Assembly: GCA_963712115.1 (NCBI GenBank) | Contig: CAVQGX010000012.1 | Location: 1 to 64,000, forward strand | DNA length: 64,000 nucleotides | Source of the DNA: an uncultured delta proteobacterium | Lineage (GTDB): Bacteria > Desulfobacterota > Syntrophobacteria > BM002 | Direction of reading: 5' to 3' | Part shown: positions 1-10,103 of the stretch, piece by piece | How the letters are laid out: each line of letters starts with the position of its first letter | How positions within the stretch are numbered: position 1 is the first letter of the stretch | Notes under the pieces: generated by a model | Told to the model about the DNA's origin: nothing | What the model saw: only the letters and a program-made list of their open reading frames with translations | The model's database searches: none | Translations under genes and position numbers: made by a program

Positions 1-86
1 GTGCCGGAGGCGAGAGTCGAACTCGCACGGGCGCAAGGCCCACTGGATTTTGAGTCCAGCGCGTCTACCAGTTTCACCACTCCGGC
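1..86 (-). tRNA. tRNA-Leu(CAA); last bases of the 3' end lie outside the window
   Basis: Reverse complement GCCGGAGTGGTGAAACTGGTAGACGCGCTGGACTCAAAATCCAGTGGGCCTTGCGCCCGTGCGAGTTCGACTCTCGCCTCCGGCAC: acceptor stem, D-loop, CAA anticodon, long variable arm, TTCGA T-loop. Confidence 0.97.
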
Positions 87-1229
87 TTATTTCATTATTT
101 TAATAACTTGCGCCGCTTCGTCAACCTCATTTTCTTCCTGATTTTGGCCGACTTTGCCCGAAACTTTGCCCGCGACGGTTTCAAAGTACGCTTGCTGCTT
201 GCGCGCAGCGTCCTCCAGGTCTCGATCGTCCGTAATGTTGTAGCGGTCAAAGACAGACCGTGTTTTGTGACCTGATATCTTCATGGCAACCTGCTCTGAA
301 ATACCCGCCCTGACGCTGTTCCTAACCCCTGTACGGCGCAAATCGTGAAATAGTTTACCCTGCAAGCCGGTATCTGTGCAAGCCTTTTTCCAGGCCCCTC
401 TGAAGTCCTTTATCCGTTTGCCGTTCCGGGTAAACACATAGTTGCAATCCAGGTTCTTTCGCTTGTTCCACAGTTGGCGTAGTAATGCCTTTAGCTCATC
501 GATCAATACAAGGTTTCTCGCTCTGTCGTTCTTTGTCTCCCCTGTCTCCAGCCTTACCGTTCCCACCTTCAGGTTCACCCGGTCCCAGGTAAGGTTGAGG
601 ATTTCCCCTCTTCGCCATCCGGTATGGTAAGCAAAGGTCAAGACAGGCTGCAAGTAAGAGGGCAAGGCATCATGCAGCTTCTTGTAGCTCTCGTGCTCCA
701 GAAATCCCTTTCTGACGTTGTTCTCTTTGAATTTTTCTGCATGGGGAATGCTGCCCACCTTGCCGTACTTTGCCCCCAAAGAAAACATTCGCTTTAGAGC
801 AGAAAGGTCGCGGTTGATGGTGGCAGCGGAGGCGCCCTCTTTTTTTCGCTCGTTTACAAACTGCTGAATCTCTGAAGGCGTGATGTTTACCACCCTCCAG
901 CCTTCAAAAAACCGCTCCAGGTGAGCTATGCTGATTTCCACTCTCCACTTGGATTTTCTGTTATTCAACTCGTAGTCGGTGAGAAGGTCTTTTTTCAAAT
1001 CCTCAAAGGTTACCCGGTCCAGGTGGATGCCCGGCGGCTTGCCGTGAGCTATATTCCCTTCCCTTCTCTTCAGCAGGTTTCTAGCATCCGAAAGTTTTTC
1101 ACTCTTGGCAGACTCCCGGTAAGGTTTGCCGTTCCTGTAATACTTGATCCAGTAAACCTTGCTCGCCCGGACATTGCCGTCCTTGTCCTTGTACTTGGGT
1201 CTGTAGATCATACCCATCGAAAACCCCAC
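87..1229 (-). CDS. tyrosine recombinase/phage integrase
   Basis: Catalytic set present: TGWRRGE (R), ETKN (K), FHDLRRT (HxxR), SGHKT (H), DRYNI (Y); N-terminal arm-binding-like region; adjacent to tRNA. Confidence 0.95.
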   Translation of the reverse strand: MGFSMGMIYRPKYKDKDGNVRASKVYWIKYYRNGKPYRESAKSEKLSDARNLLKRREGNIAHGKPPGIHLDRVTFEDLKKDLLTDYELNNRKSKWRVEISIAHLERFFEGWRVVNITPSEIQQFVNERKKEGASAATINRDLSALKRMFSLGAKYGKVGSIPHAEKFKENNVRKGFLEHESYKKLHDALPSYLQPVLTFAYHTGWRRGEILNLTWDRVNLKVGTVRLETGETKNDRARNLVLIDELKALLRQLWNKRKNLDCNYVFTRNGKRIKDFRGAWKKACTDTGLQGKLFHDLRRTGVRNSVRAGISEQVAMKISGHKTRSVFDRYNITDDRDLEDAARKQQAYFETVAGKVSGKVGQNQEENEVDEAAQVIKIMK

Positions 1230-1381
1230 TTTCTCCCTAGTAAGCTAGCCACGGGCAGGGAATCAGGGTCATTCCTTTTCAGCGCCGGCTGCCTAGCCCG
1301 TGAGGGTATTCTTGAAAAAACGACCTTCAAATTACCTCCATAATCGACGATCTCGCCTCGACTTACCCATTCCCCCTTTTA

Positions 1382-2311
1382 TCAATTGAGGGAAATCCCA
1401 TGCTTCCTCAACACCTCAGACAGGATTCTGTGAGCAGTCTCGCTTGTTTTCAGTTGACCGGCGAGATCTCTTGACCGTCCTGAAACCCACGTAAGGGTAG
1501 AGTAGAGGTCCCACACGGTTGCTGCAGGAGTATTTACTCCGGGCACCTGAACCTTTCGGTAGATACCTTGCGTCCAGGCTTGATTGATTTCCTCGGCCTC
1601 ACGTCTGCCCCAGGTTTTACTGATCTGATTGAGCAGATCCCTGGTGAAACCTTTAGGTATTTCCGTCGCAACCATAGCCTCAAATGATTTGCCGCTACCC
1701 TGGAGATGCTTCAACCCTTCCCTCACGGCCTGGTCAATCATCAGTTGATCCAGCCTACCCTTGAGGTGGACTTCGAGTAAATCGACACTGCTTTCCCACA
1801 TTCTGAGGCCATTGCTGCAGACCAATCGGAAATGGTCCATATTGAGCCTAAAAGGTATCGTCCGGTCCACTGAATTTAAAATTTGCAGTCGGCCAGCCAC
1901 GGGATGACCGTCACCGGGATCACAGACAATATCAGATAGGACGATACGGAGACTGAACTTGGAGCCGCCATCGCCGATGTAAATCTCTACCGGATAGATG
2001 CTAATGTCTCTCCCCGTTTGTTTTAAGGCTTCGGTCAGAGAATTAACCACGTCACAGTGATCGATGAGCGCATAGGATTTTGTAACAATGCTGAGGGGGA
2101 GCCCTTTATCATTGCAGACCATGTGGTAGAGGGGATTCACTATTCCTACGTGCTGAAATGGCATCAGTGCAAACTTACCGGGGATGTGTTTGGACATCTC
2201 CTTGAAGATGCCACGATACCACCTGTGGCTGTGAATCGTCTTTCTGGTGGCTGTTTTGACGTAATTACTGGTACTGTTTTGGAAGATTTCAGTTGGATCG
2301 AAGAGATTCAT
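1382..2311 (-). CDS. DUF932/DUF945-family mobile-element protein
   Basis: Motifs IVTKSYALIDH and ILNSVDR...FRLVCSNGL typical of the family; upstream of integrase. Confidence 0.8.
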   Translation of the reverse strand: MNLFDPTEIFQNSTSNYVKTATRKTIHSHRWYRGIFKEMSKHIPGKFALMPFQHVGIVNPLYHMVCNDKGLPLSIVTKSYALIDHCDVVNSLTEALKQTGRDISIYPVEIYIGDGGSKFSLRIVLSDIVCDPGDGHPVAGRLQILNSVDRTIPFRLNMDHFRLVCSNGLRMWESSVDLLEVHLKGRLDQLMIDQAVREGLKHLQGSGKSFEAMVATEIPKGFTRDLLNQISKTWGRREAEEINQAWTQGIYRKVQVPGVNTPAATVWDLYSTLTWVSGRSRDLAGQLKTSETAHRILSEVLRKHGISLN

Positions 2312-2401
2312 AGTATCACCCCCTTTCTGTTGGAATCGTTTCAGCCTTCCATGCTGCCCACCTACCGGATCCGCGCAGATGAGCAGGAGCAGGGTTGAAT
2401 T

Positions 2402-2551
2402 AGTAATTATCTTTCACCACATCAATCGTACTGTCCAGGACTGTCATTGCCGCCAAAGTTGCATTGGTCCAATTTTCTGGTGTTGCCCCCTCACAAAGTT
2501 CCCTGATGTATGAAAGGGAATTAATGATTGCACTCTTGACATTCTGATCCA
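2402..2551 (-). CDS. small hypothetical protein (~49 aa, MDQNVKSAIINSLSYIRELCEG...)
   Basis: Read manually; AAGGAG-type RBS upstream; co-oriented with DUF932; below ORF-track cutoff. Confidence 0.5.
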
Positions 2552-2757
2552 TTTATCCGTCACTCCTTTCACTCAAAAAAAAGGACTCGTCATTTAATAC
2601 AAAGCTGATAAGCGGAACAACAAAAAATCCCGGATCTCTCCACGCGGGGCCACCGCGCCCTGGGCCTTGCGGGTATCAGGAATCCGGGAAATATGTATAA
2701 ACTGCCTCTTCATGGCCCTACTTTGGAGCGTTACAACCTGCTTTATATATTGACATT

Positions 2758-2786
2758 AGTATAGCAACTATAATAAATATTATCAA
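2758..2786 (-). promoter_or_regulatory. sigma70 promoter driving the DUF932-integrase arm
   Basis: Minus strand TTGATA-N17-TATACT with extended -10 TG. Confidence 0.6.
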
Positions 2787-2835
2787 TAATATTTACCATT
2801 GCAACGCAGATACTTTTATGGGAAAAGTGCAAAAT

Positions 2836-3000
2836 ATGGCAAAAGATGCGTATATAGGTGTCCGGACCACACAGGAAGTCAGAAAGATACTTGAGCGGCT
2901 GGCTGAGGAAGGCTACAGGACTCTTTCGCAGCAGGCAGAGATGGCCATTATTGAGTGGCTCAAGGAGCAGGGGCATTTGAAGAAAAAACCCAACAAGTAG
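2836..3000 (+). CDS. ribbon-helix-helix (Arc/CopG-like) regulator
   Basis: YIGVRT beta-strand then two helices (RTLSQQAEMAI); divergent from the integrase arm. Confidence 0.7.
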   Translation: MAKDAYIGVRTTQEVRKILERLAEEGYRTLSQQAEMAIIEWLKEQGHLKKKPNK

Positions 3001-3091
3001 CTAATATGGCAGATCGGGGCAACTTATTGTTTCACCTTCAGCTTATCTTGTTATCTTGTGCCTTATTTGTAAAACGAGGGATTCAAAGAAA

Positions 3092-3424
3092 ATGATATGG
3101 ACTGCCTGGAACAATGGTGGGCACCATAGATCAGGAGCAGGCTACGGTTTCAAGGTCACGGTCCACGACCGCAACAGATACTTTGACCGCTCTTGGAAAT
3201 ATATAAAGCTGGATCTTCCCTCAGGCTCCGGTAGCGATACCATTATGGTCAACGTCGATAAGCCTTCCTTTTGGGATAAGACTTGTCGCGAACTCATCAG
3301 TAAAGAGATCGGTCAATGGCTCATCAAGCATCAATTGGCACCCTGGGTGAAGCGTAAACCACCCAAGTTTAGAGTCTCAGTAGTGGGCCAAGGACATTTT
3401 GAATTGCAGGGCCTTAGCAATTAA
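3092..3424 (+). CDS. hypothetical protein
   Basis: Clean 110-aa ORF (MIWTAWNNG...) with upstream GAGGG. Confidence 0.65.
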   Translation: MIWTAWNNGGHHRSGAGYGFKVTVHDRNRYFDRSWKYIKLDLPSGSGSDTIMVNVDKPSFWDKTCRELISKEIGQWLIKHQLAPWVKRKPPKFRVSVVGQGHFELQGLSN

Positions 3425-4144
3425 TAGCCTGCAGGCGCGCTCCCACGGGTAAACCGCTACACTATCTTGATCCACACTAATCTGTATTTTTTCATCAGAC
3501 TTGGCGGGGCTGAGAGAATTTGAATCTCCGATCCCCTGAATTCTATCTGTCGGAGACAAAATTCATTTCTGTTGAAATAGGTGCAATCCTGGTGCAGGCA
3601 GAAAAGAACGATAATATTCTAGCACCTTGGAGATGATTAGCGGAGGCAGCATCCGTGAGTCATGTACAATGATTCATCGGGGAAAGGATGTGGCGTGTAG
3701 TTTACATATGCTTTTCATATAGCAAAAACTGCAGAAGTTCACATCTTGGCAAGCTATGTTTAGTCTAGCACCGGAAGGATTAACACCAAAATCCTGAAAC
3801 AAGGCAAATGTCCATATCACTTTTGTTGATGGCCAGTAGAGTCAAATTACCCTACCTCTCTGAAAACCTGCCTCCACAAGTGGTATATAAGAATTTTAAT
3901 GAGCGAATAGTTTTGAACAAAGCCAATTTTAGTAATTGTGAGGCGCACTTGGATGGTGGACCAGTTAAGCGTCTCAGTAAGAAATGCCGCAGAACGTTTC
4001 CATGATTTTTATCAGCCTCTTCTTTATACCGCTTGGAACCAAATACATTAAAACCATGTAGTGCTCCACCGTAAGTAATCGTTTCTTGTGAAATAGCTTT
4101 TTCGTCCAACTCAATGGCAAGCTTGCCAATTGATTATATTTTGC

Positions 4145-5421
4145 CACTGCTGTCCGGTTAAGAAAGTAGAATAGGCCCGAATCCAGGCTTTCGTGTTATA
4201 GTGCGGTTACCGCTAACCCACTGACGCGAAAGGAGATTCAGGCCATGGCACATTCTAACACAATCTTCCATCAGTTGCTTGATCTTCTTAACAGACATGA
4301 TTTTCGACAGATCGAGAAAAACGGCTTTCGACCCAAGCGTAAGTATCGCACCCTGGACCGCTGGAGCCAGTTTGTGGTCATGATGTTTGCTCAGATCACT
4401 GGTAGAGCCAGCTTGCGTGATATTGTTCAGCATTTCAAATTCAATGGGGCCAAGCTTTACCATCTGGGAGTGAATAGTGTGAAGCGGACCACTCTTGCCG
4501 ATGCCAATAACAAAAGGCCAGCCGAGTTCTTTGAAGCTCTCTTTTCCCACCAGTACGCCAAATGTGCGGCCCATGCGCCGAGAAAGAAGTTTCGGTTTAA
4601 AAACAAGCTGTACTCATTTGATGCTACCGTGATAGATCTCTGTCTTTCGCTTTTCCCGTGGGCCGCCTTTCGCACCACCAAAGGCGGCATCAAAGTGCAT
4701 ACCCTCTTGGACCATGACGGCTACATCCCCGCATTTATCAAAGTCACCACTGCCAAAGTAGCTGACAATACAGTGGCCAAACTGCTGAGGCTTCCTGCCT
4801 TGTCCATGGTGGTTATGGATAGAGCTTTTCTGGACTTTGCTTGGTTGCATAAGCTTACCGGCAAAAAGGTCTTGTTCGTCACCCGGCTAAAAAAAGGGAT
4901 CAACTACAGGGTTGTTAAGCGTCGCAAGGTCATCAAGGCAAAGGGCCTGACCTCGGATCAGACCATCGAGCTTACGGGTGCCAAAGCTAAGGATTGCCCC
5001 CTCCAACTCAGGAGGGTCGGCTATCGAGATCCAGAAACCGGACAGCACTATGTGTTTCTCACCAATATCTTTCATCTTTCAGCTCGGACCATTGCCGATA
5101 TCTACCGAGAGAGGTGGCAGGTGGAGCTCTTTTTCAAGTGGATCAAGCAAAACTTGAAGATAAAGAGCTTCCTTGGCACCAGTAAGAATGCCGTGATGAC
5201 ACAAATTTGGATTGCCATCGTCACGCTGCTTCTGCTTGCCTACTACAAATTCCGGGCAAAACTGACTTATGGCCTCTCTCAGATCCTTAAATTACTGCAG
5301 TTGAACCTTTTTAGTCGGCGAAATATATGGCAACTCTTTGACCCAGGACCAACAAAACACATGTTGCCAAACTGTGATCAATTATCATTGAATTTTAACT
5401 ACTTATAACCGGACAGCAGTG
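4145..5421 (+). mobile_element. IS4-family insertion sequence (1277 bp)
   Basis: Perfect 16-bp terminal inverted repeats CACTGCTGTCCGGTTA (4145-4160) / TAACCGGACAGCAGTG (5406-5421); 9-bp target duplication ATATTTTGC at 4136-4144 and 5422-5430. Confidence 0.95.
4245..5408 (+). CDS. IS4-family DDE transposase
   Basis: DUF4372-like N-terminus; DAT, MDRAF and YRERWQVELFFKWIKQ (YREK) motifs. Confidence 0.95.
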   Translation: MAHSNTIFHQLLDLLNRHDFRQIEKNGFRPKRKYRTLDRWSQFVVMMFAQITGRASLRDIVQHFKFNGAKLYHLGVNSVKRTTLADANNKRPAEFFEALFSHQYAKCAAHAPRKKFRFKNKLYSFDATVIDLCLSLFPWAAFRTTKGGIKVHTLLDHDGYIPAFIKVTTAKVADNTVAKLLRLPALSMVVMDRAFLDFAWLHKLTGKKVLFVTRLKKGINYRVVKRRKVIKAKGLTSDQTIELTGAKAKDCPLQLRRVGYRDPETGQHYVFLTNIFHLSARTIADIYRERWQVELFFKWIKQNLKIKSFLGTSKNAVMTQIWIAIVTLLLLAYYKFRAKLTYGLSQILKLLQLNLFSRRNIWQLFDPGPTKHMLPNCDQLSLNFNYL

Positions 5422-5840
5422 ATATTTTGCATTGACACAACTTTGGGCCTAATGATACTATTCTCACAGATTTGCAACTTCCGGATTTAACTTCCCAAAT
5501 ATTGATTGGATGAATTAAGTCTCAAGGATTCAATTCCTTTAACGCAAACACACTCCAGTAACAAATCTCTATTTTCATCTTGGAGTATAATTTAATTTCT
5601 CTATTATTCGAGCTTTCACATCGAATTTACTGCTGCCTCATTTTCTTACTACTGGACTCTACGGCATCCCTGAGTGCCAAATGAAGAGTGGCTCTGTAAA
5701 TTCGGCATCAGATCTTCCCAAATACCTGGGTATAACTCTGATAATAAAAGAAAATTGAAGGTTTAGGAGATCATTTGCCCTGCCCTATTGAACGCTAGAA
5801 CACGTAACCTTTGCTACGGCAGCAAAGAGGAGGGGTAATC

Positions 5841-8800
5841 ATGAACGGCTCAGTTAGAGCCTTGCTTTTCTCAATTATCGCAACATCTATAGTTCTGCTT
5901 TTCGGGTTAACCTCCGCAGCACAAGAGCTTGAGGTGTGGACCAATCTCGGCCTCTACGGCGGACAAATGTATGACATAGCCATTGACCCTGCCAACCCAG
6001 AGAAGATGTTTGCCGGCGCCTATCTGGGAGACGGTCTCTTCGTAACCACGAACGGTGGAAGTATATGGCAAGCTGTGGTAGCTGCAGAGCAAGTAGAAGG
6101 AGAAGACACCTTCAAAAATCATGCGGTATGGGCCGTGAAGATAGCACCAAGCAATAGCAGTGTGATTTGGGCGTCACATAATTACTGGGTCGAAAAAAGC
6201 GTAGACGGAGGTGAGACCTGGGCCCACATCTGGAACGGCGAGATGCAGTCTCCAAACTATGGCACCTGCTCCAATTGTCCCGAATGGGATCAGTATAGAT
6301 GGTGCCGTTCTTTGGCAGTAGATCCTTCTGATGCCGGAGAGAATACGGTTTTTGTGGGGACGAGCGGTCGCTATTCAAACTGGACACCTTACGGCGCGAT
6401 CTATATGACCGAAGATGGCGGCGATACTTGGAGGAAATTGAAAGGACCGGTGCAAGATGAACCTGGCCCTTGGACGGATCCCGATGATCCAGGGAACTTC
6501 GACTATGATGTAGTTGACCTTGCCCTTGACACAAGTTCTCCCGATGTCATTGTCTTATGGGCGGTTACACAGAATCAGGGCCTTTTTGTGGAAAAGGCTG
6601 GGCCGGAGGATGTAGTTAGTCAAGGTACGCTTTATCGCGGTGAGATCAATAGATCAACCGGGGCTGAGACCTGGATCGAAGTGTTTTCGATGGATGGGGG
6701 GAAGTTCTACGATGTTGAGGTTAAACCAAATGATCCCAACTCGATCTTTACTGCCAACGACTGGGGGATCTTCAGGCATTATTTTGAAGAAGGTGAGTGG
6801 AAGTACCAGCGGATTTTAAATTTAAAAGAAGAGCCACCTCCGCCAGGCGCAGTCTTCGCTCGAAATGTTCAGGCAATGGCCTTTGACCCCAAAAATCCGG
6901 ACATTCTCTACGCAGCCTGGAAAAACTCAATTAGCCAATGGGAAAATGTTGATACTAGTCCAAAGATTGCAAGGGGTACCCCGCCTTATGAGGACGCCGA
7001 CTGGGAGATTCATAGTGTCGACAGCCTCTTTTTGGCCCTTGCCATTCACCCTGTAAGCAGTGAAACGATCTTTGGCGGCGACACAAGCTTGGGCCTATAC
7101 AAAAGCCAAGATCACGGCCAAACCTGGACACCCATTAACAACGGCATTAATGCCATCATTATTCGTGATCTCAGAATCAACCCCAACGATTCGACACATT
7201 TACTGGCAGGGACTGTGTCGGGTGTCTTCGAGAAAAAGGGTGAAGGATCCTGGTCTCGCCTTCTCTCAAAAACAAGCTTGTCAGTGCAGTTCCATCCGAC
7301 GGATAGCAGAATCTTTTACGCCGGTGGAGATGGTTGGCTGGCCAAGACAAAAGACGGCGGAAGCTCTTGGAGCTACACTGAGGATCTTGTATCCAATGTC
7401 TTTGATATTGCTCTAAAACCTACGGATCCGGACATACTGTATTTAGCTCTCAACCATGTGGGGGCGGGAAAGGGACGGATTTTAAAGAGCACGGACGGAG
7501 GAGTTACTTTTAAGAAGGTTTTGGATGGAGTAAACCAGTCAGAGGAGGGACATGATTTCAATGTCATAGTCATCGACCCTAATGATCCGAATCACTTATT
7601 TGCCGGGGGCGGAAATTATTTCGATACCCTTATCAATGGAAACCTTTATGAGAGTAAGGCTGGCGGCGATGAAGGTACGTGGCAACTGACCGGGCTCACC
7701 GATGTAATTGTCAATGACTTGCTGATTGATCCTCGTGACTCAAAGGTTATGTATGCAGGATGTGGATACAGCGGCGGCACAAGTGACCCTGTGTTCAAGA
7801 GCTCTGACGGCGGTCTCACCTGGACTCAATCCTTCGAAGGAATTCTCGGCTTGGTGGATCCTTTGAGAGGTATATGGGGGACTTCCGCAACGAATGTTTT
7901 TGTTGTCGGGCTAACAGCAGTGCAAGCAGTTGCCTCCTCCATCTGGCAATACGATGGAAGCGCCTGGACCAGAATGGACAGTGGCACAGCAGAGGGGCTT
8001 TATGGGGTTTGGGGGAGTACTTCGGACAATTTTTTTGCCGTAGGTAATAACGGCACCATTTTACATTATAACGGTAGCGGTTGGACTACAATGAGCAGCG
8101 ACACTGGAGAACTTCTCTACGATGTCTGGGGGAGTTCTGCGACAGACGTCTTTGCCGTGGGGGCCTCGGGTGCGATCGTTCATTATGACGGTAACACCTG
8201 GTCTGCCATGAGCAGCGGTGCCACAGAGAAGCTGGAAGGTATATGGGGGAATTCTGCCACAGATGTCTTCGCTGTAGGTGATAAGGGTACTATTCTTCAT
8301 TATGAAGGCAACAGCTGGACCAGAATGGACAGTGGCACTACTGAAGACCTTTGGGGGGTGTGGGGGAGTTCTGCCACAGATGTCTTTGCCGTGGGGGCCT
8401 CGGGTGCGATCGTTCATTATGACGGTAACATCTGGTCTGCTATGAGCAGCGGTGCAACAGAGGACCTGGAATATATTTGGGGGAGTTCTGCGACAGATGT
8501 CTTCGCTGTAGGTGCTAAGGGTACTATTCTTCATTATGACGGCAGCAGCTGGACTAGCATGGACAGTGGCATTACTGATTATATTATGAGTGTCTGGGGT
8601 AGTTCGGAGGTGGATGTCTTTGCCGTGAGCGGTTATGGCACAATCCTTCATTACAATGGGAGCGATTGGGCCATCACGAAACTAGGAGGAGCGAACTATA
8701 ATTCGGTGACTGACATGGAATTTCACCGACAGAACAAGGATATCATCTATGCCGGCACCACCGCTCAGGGAGTATATGTTTCACCCAACCAGGCTGGAAA

Positions 8801-10103
8801 ATGGGCGAATCTGGGAAAACCAGAATATAATGTACACGCGATATCGACCTCATCTCTCTACGCCGCGACAGATGCAGGCTTGTTCCAGTGCACGGGTAGC
8901 GGTATCATTGCAGGCAAGGTCGCGAACGCCCTTACTGGCACTGGTATTGATCAAGCGAAAGTATGGAGTGACTTTGGGGTCAAAACCATCAGTGTCATGG
9001 GTGAGTACATGATGTCCCATCCTACAGGCATCTTTGATGTTTTCGCTGATGCAGAGAAGTATTTCGACTCAACAATAAGTGGTGTGACTGTCCTAGGGGG
9101 AGATGTGACATGGACTAACATCCCGATGCAGCCAGTTTTTCGTGTAACGGAAGTCCTTCCACACGACAAAGCCGGCATCGAAGACAATACTCGCGTCTCC
9201 AGTGATAGCTCATTTGCGGTTTTGATCACATCTCCTGACGGAGTGGACATCACAGATCAAAATAGTATCAAGTTCTCTATTGATGATGGTGTAAATGAGC
9301 CATACACGAGAAATTTGGGTCACTCGTCAGTGAGGACCATCAAGGTGAACCCCGATGAGGAAGACACCAAAGTAACCAAGCTCTGGGCGGTTTACGACAG
9401 AGCCAAAGATGCCCCTTATGACAATGAGTACGCATTCGACAGTAAAGTAGATATGCAAGTGGAGGCCACTGATAAAGCAGGCATGCAAACAAGCAAGCGG
9501 GCTAGTTTCAAAACTGAAACACAAGAAGAGCATGATGATGAACTCGCAAGTCTCCCAGATACAGAACCTGTAGATCCTACTGATCCTGCTCTTGTTGGGC
9601 TGCACAATGCAGGTACTCAGGTGAGCAGTGGTGATCTGCAGGGTGCCAAGATTGTCTACAACAGCAGCGAGCCGGTGCTGCCCAGGTTTGGGCCACTGAA
9701 TGAATTACCGGCAATGGACATGGAAGGATCAGAAGCCGTTGGCGTGCCCCTCAATCTACAACCCCACACGGTGTTTGAGACACCAGTAAAGATTTTCATT
9801 CCCTGTCCGGGCTGGTCAGATGTAAGCAGTCTCAACGTCTACGTCTTCAAAGAAGACAACTGGGCATTAGGCTGCGATTCTGACGGCCAGGTATTGTCGG
9901 GCGGTGATGGATGGATGGTGCCCGGCTCACGGGTCAATCATAACAATGGGAGTCCGTCAACAATAGAAATCCAAGTCTATCGCTTCTCGGGTGCTCAGGC
10001 AGCCGGCTCCACATCGGATGTCCGTTCGAATGGTTCAAGTAGCGGTGGAGGAGGATGTTTCATTGACACAGCGGCTTGCGGTCTCGTTTGGCCGAAGAGG
10101 TAG
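5841..10103 (+). CDS. large secreted BNR/Asp-box beta-propeller surface protein with CFI-box-type C-terminus (anchor frameshifted)
   Basis: Signal peptide; many S/T-x-DGG-x-TW Asp boxes; 7 WGxSxxDVFAVG repeats; carboxypeptidase-regulatory-like segment; SSSGGGGCFIDTAAC near end; start chosen from RBS GAGGAGG. Confidence 0.85.
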   Translation: MNGSVRALLFSIIATSIVLLFGLTSAAQELEVWTNLGLYGGQMYDIAIDPANPEKMFAGAYLGDGLFVTTNGGSIWQAVVAAEQVEGEDTFKNHAVWAVKIAPSNSSVIWASHNYWVEKSVDGGETWAHIWNGEMQSPNYGTCSNCPEWDQYRWCRSLAVDPSDAGENTVFVGTSGRYSNWTPYGAIYMTEDGGDTWRKLKGPVQDEPGPWTDPDDPGNFDYDVVDLALDTSSPDVIVLWAVTQNQGLFVEKAGPEDVVSQGTLYRGEINRSTGAETWIEVFSMDGGKFYDVEVKPNDPNSIFTANDWGIFRHYFEEGEWKYQRILNLKEEPPPPGAVFARNVQAMAFDPKNPDILYAAWKNSISQWENVDTSPKIARGTPPYEDADWEIHSVDSLFLALAIHPVSSETIFGGDTSLGLYKSQDHGQTWTPINNGINAIIIRDLRINPNDSTHLLAGTVSGVFEKKGEGSWSRLLSKTSLSVQFHPTDSRIFYAGGDGWLAKTKDGGSSWSYTEDLVSNVFDIALKPTDPDILYLALNHVGAGKGRILKSTDGGVTFKKVLDGVNQSEEGHDFNVIVIDPNDPNHLFAGGGNYFDTLINGNLYESKAGGDEGTWQLTGLTDVIVNDLLIDPRDSKVMYAGCGYSGGTSDPVFKSSDGGLTWTQSFEGILGLVDPLRGIWGTSATNVFVVGLTAVQAVASSIWQYDGSAWTRMDSGTAEGLYGVWGSTSDNFFAVGNNGTILHYNGSGWTTMSSDTGELLYDVWGSSATDVFAVGASGAIVHYDGNTWSAMSSGATEKLEGIWGNSATDVFAVGDKGTILHYEGNSWTRMDSGTTEDLWGVWGSSATDVFAVGASGAIVHYDGNIWSAMSSGATEDLEYIWGSSATDVFAVGAKGTILHYDGSSWTSMDSGITDYIMSVWGSSEVDVFAVSGYGTILHYNGSDWAITKLGGANYNSVTDMEFHRQNKDIIYAGTTAQGVYVSPNQAGKWANLGKPEYNVHAISTSSLYAATDAGLFQCTGSGIIAGKVANALTGTGIDQAKVWSDFGVKTISVMGEYMMSHPTGIFDVFADAEKYFDSTISGVTVLGGDVTWTNIPMQPVFRVTEVLPHDKAGIEDNTRVSSDSSFAVLITSPDGVDITDQNSIKFSIDDGVNEPYTRNLGHSSVRTIKVNPDEEDTKVTKLWAVYDRAKDAPYDNEYAFDSKVDMQVEATDKAGMQTSKRASFKTETQEEHDDELASLPDTEPVDPTDPALVGLHNAGTQVSSGDLQGAKIVYNSSEPVLPRFGPLNELPAMDMEGSEAVGVPLNLQPHTVFETPVKIFIPCPGWSDVSSLNVYVFKEDNWALGCDSDGQVLSGGDGWMVPGSRVNHNNGSPSTIEIQVYRFSGAQAAGSTSDVRSNGSSSGGGGCFIDTAACGLVWPKR
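7863..8680 (+). repeat. seven ~39-aa intragenic tandem repeats
   Basis: xxGVWGSSATDVFAVGxxGxIxHYDGxxWxxMxSG repeated 7 times; units 3-4 and 5-6 near-identical in DNA (234-bp period). Confidence 0.9.

Larger units (their letters stand above)
3430..5770 (-). pseudogene. decayed AT-rich gene remnant interrupted by IS4
   Basis: Protein-like minus-strand fragments (e.g. 3852-4109) on both sides of the IS with multiple stops/frameshifts; boundaries approximate. Confidence 0.4.

Noticed and set aside
8100-8600. Regularly spaced DNA repeats resembling an array
   Set aside because: In-frame coding repeats of the surface protein
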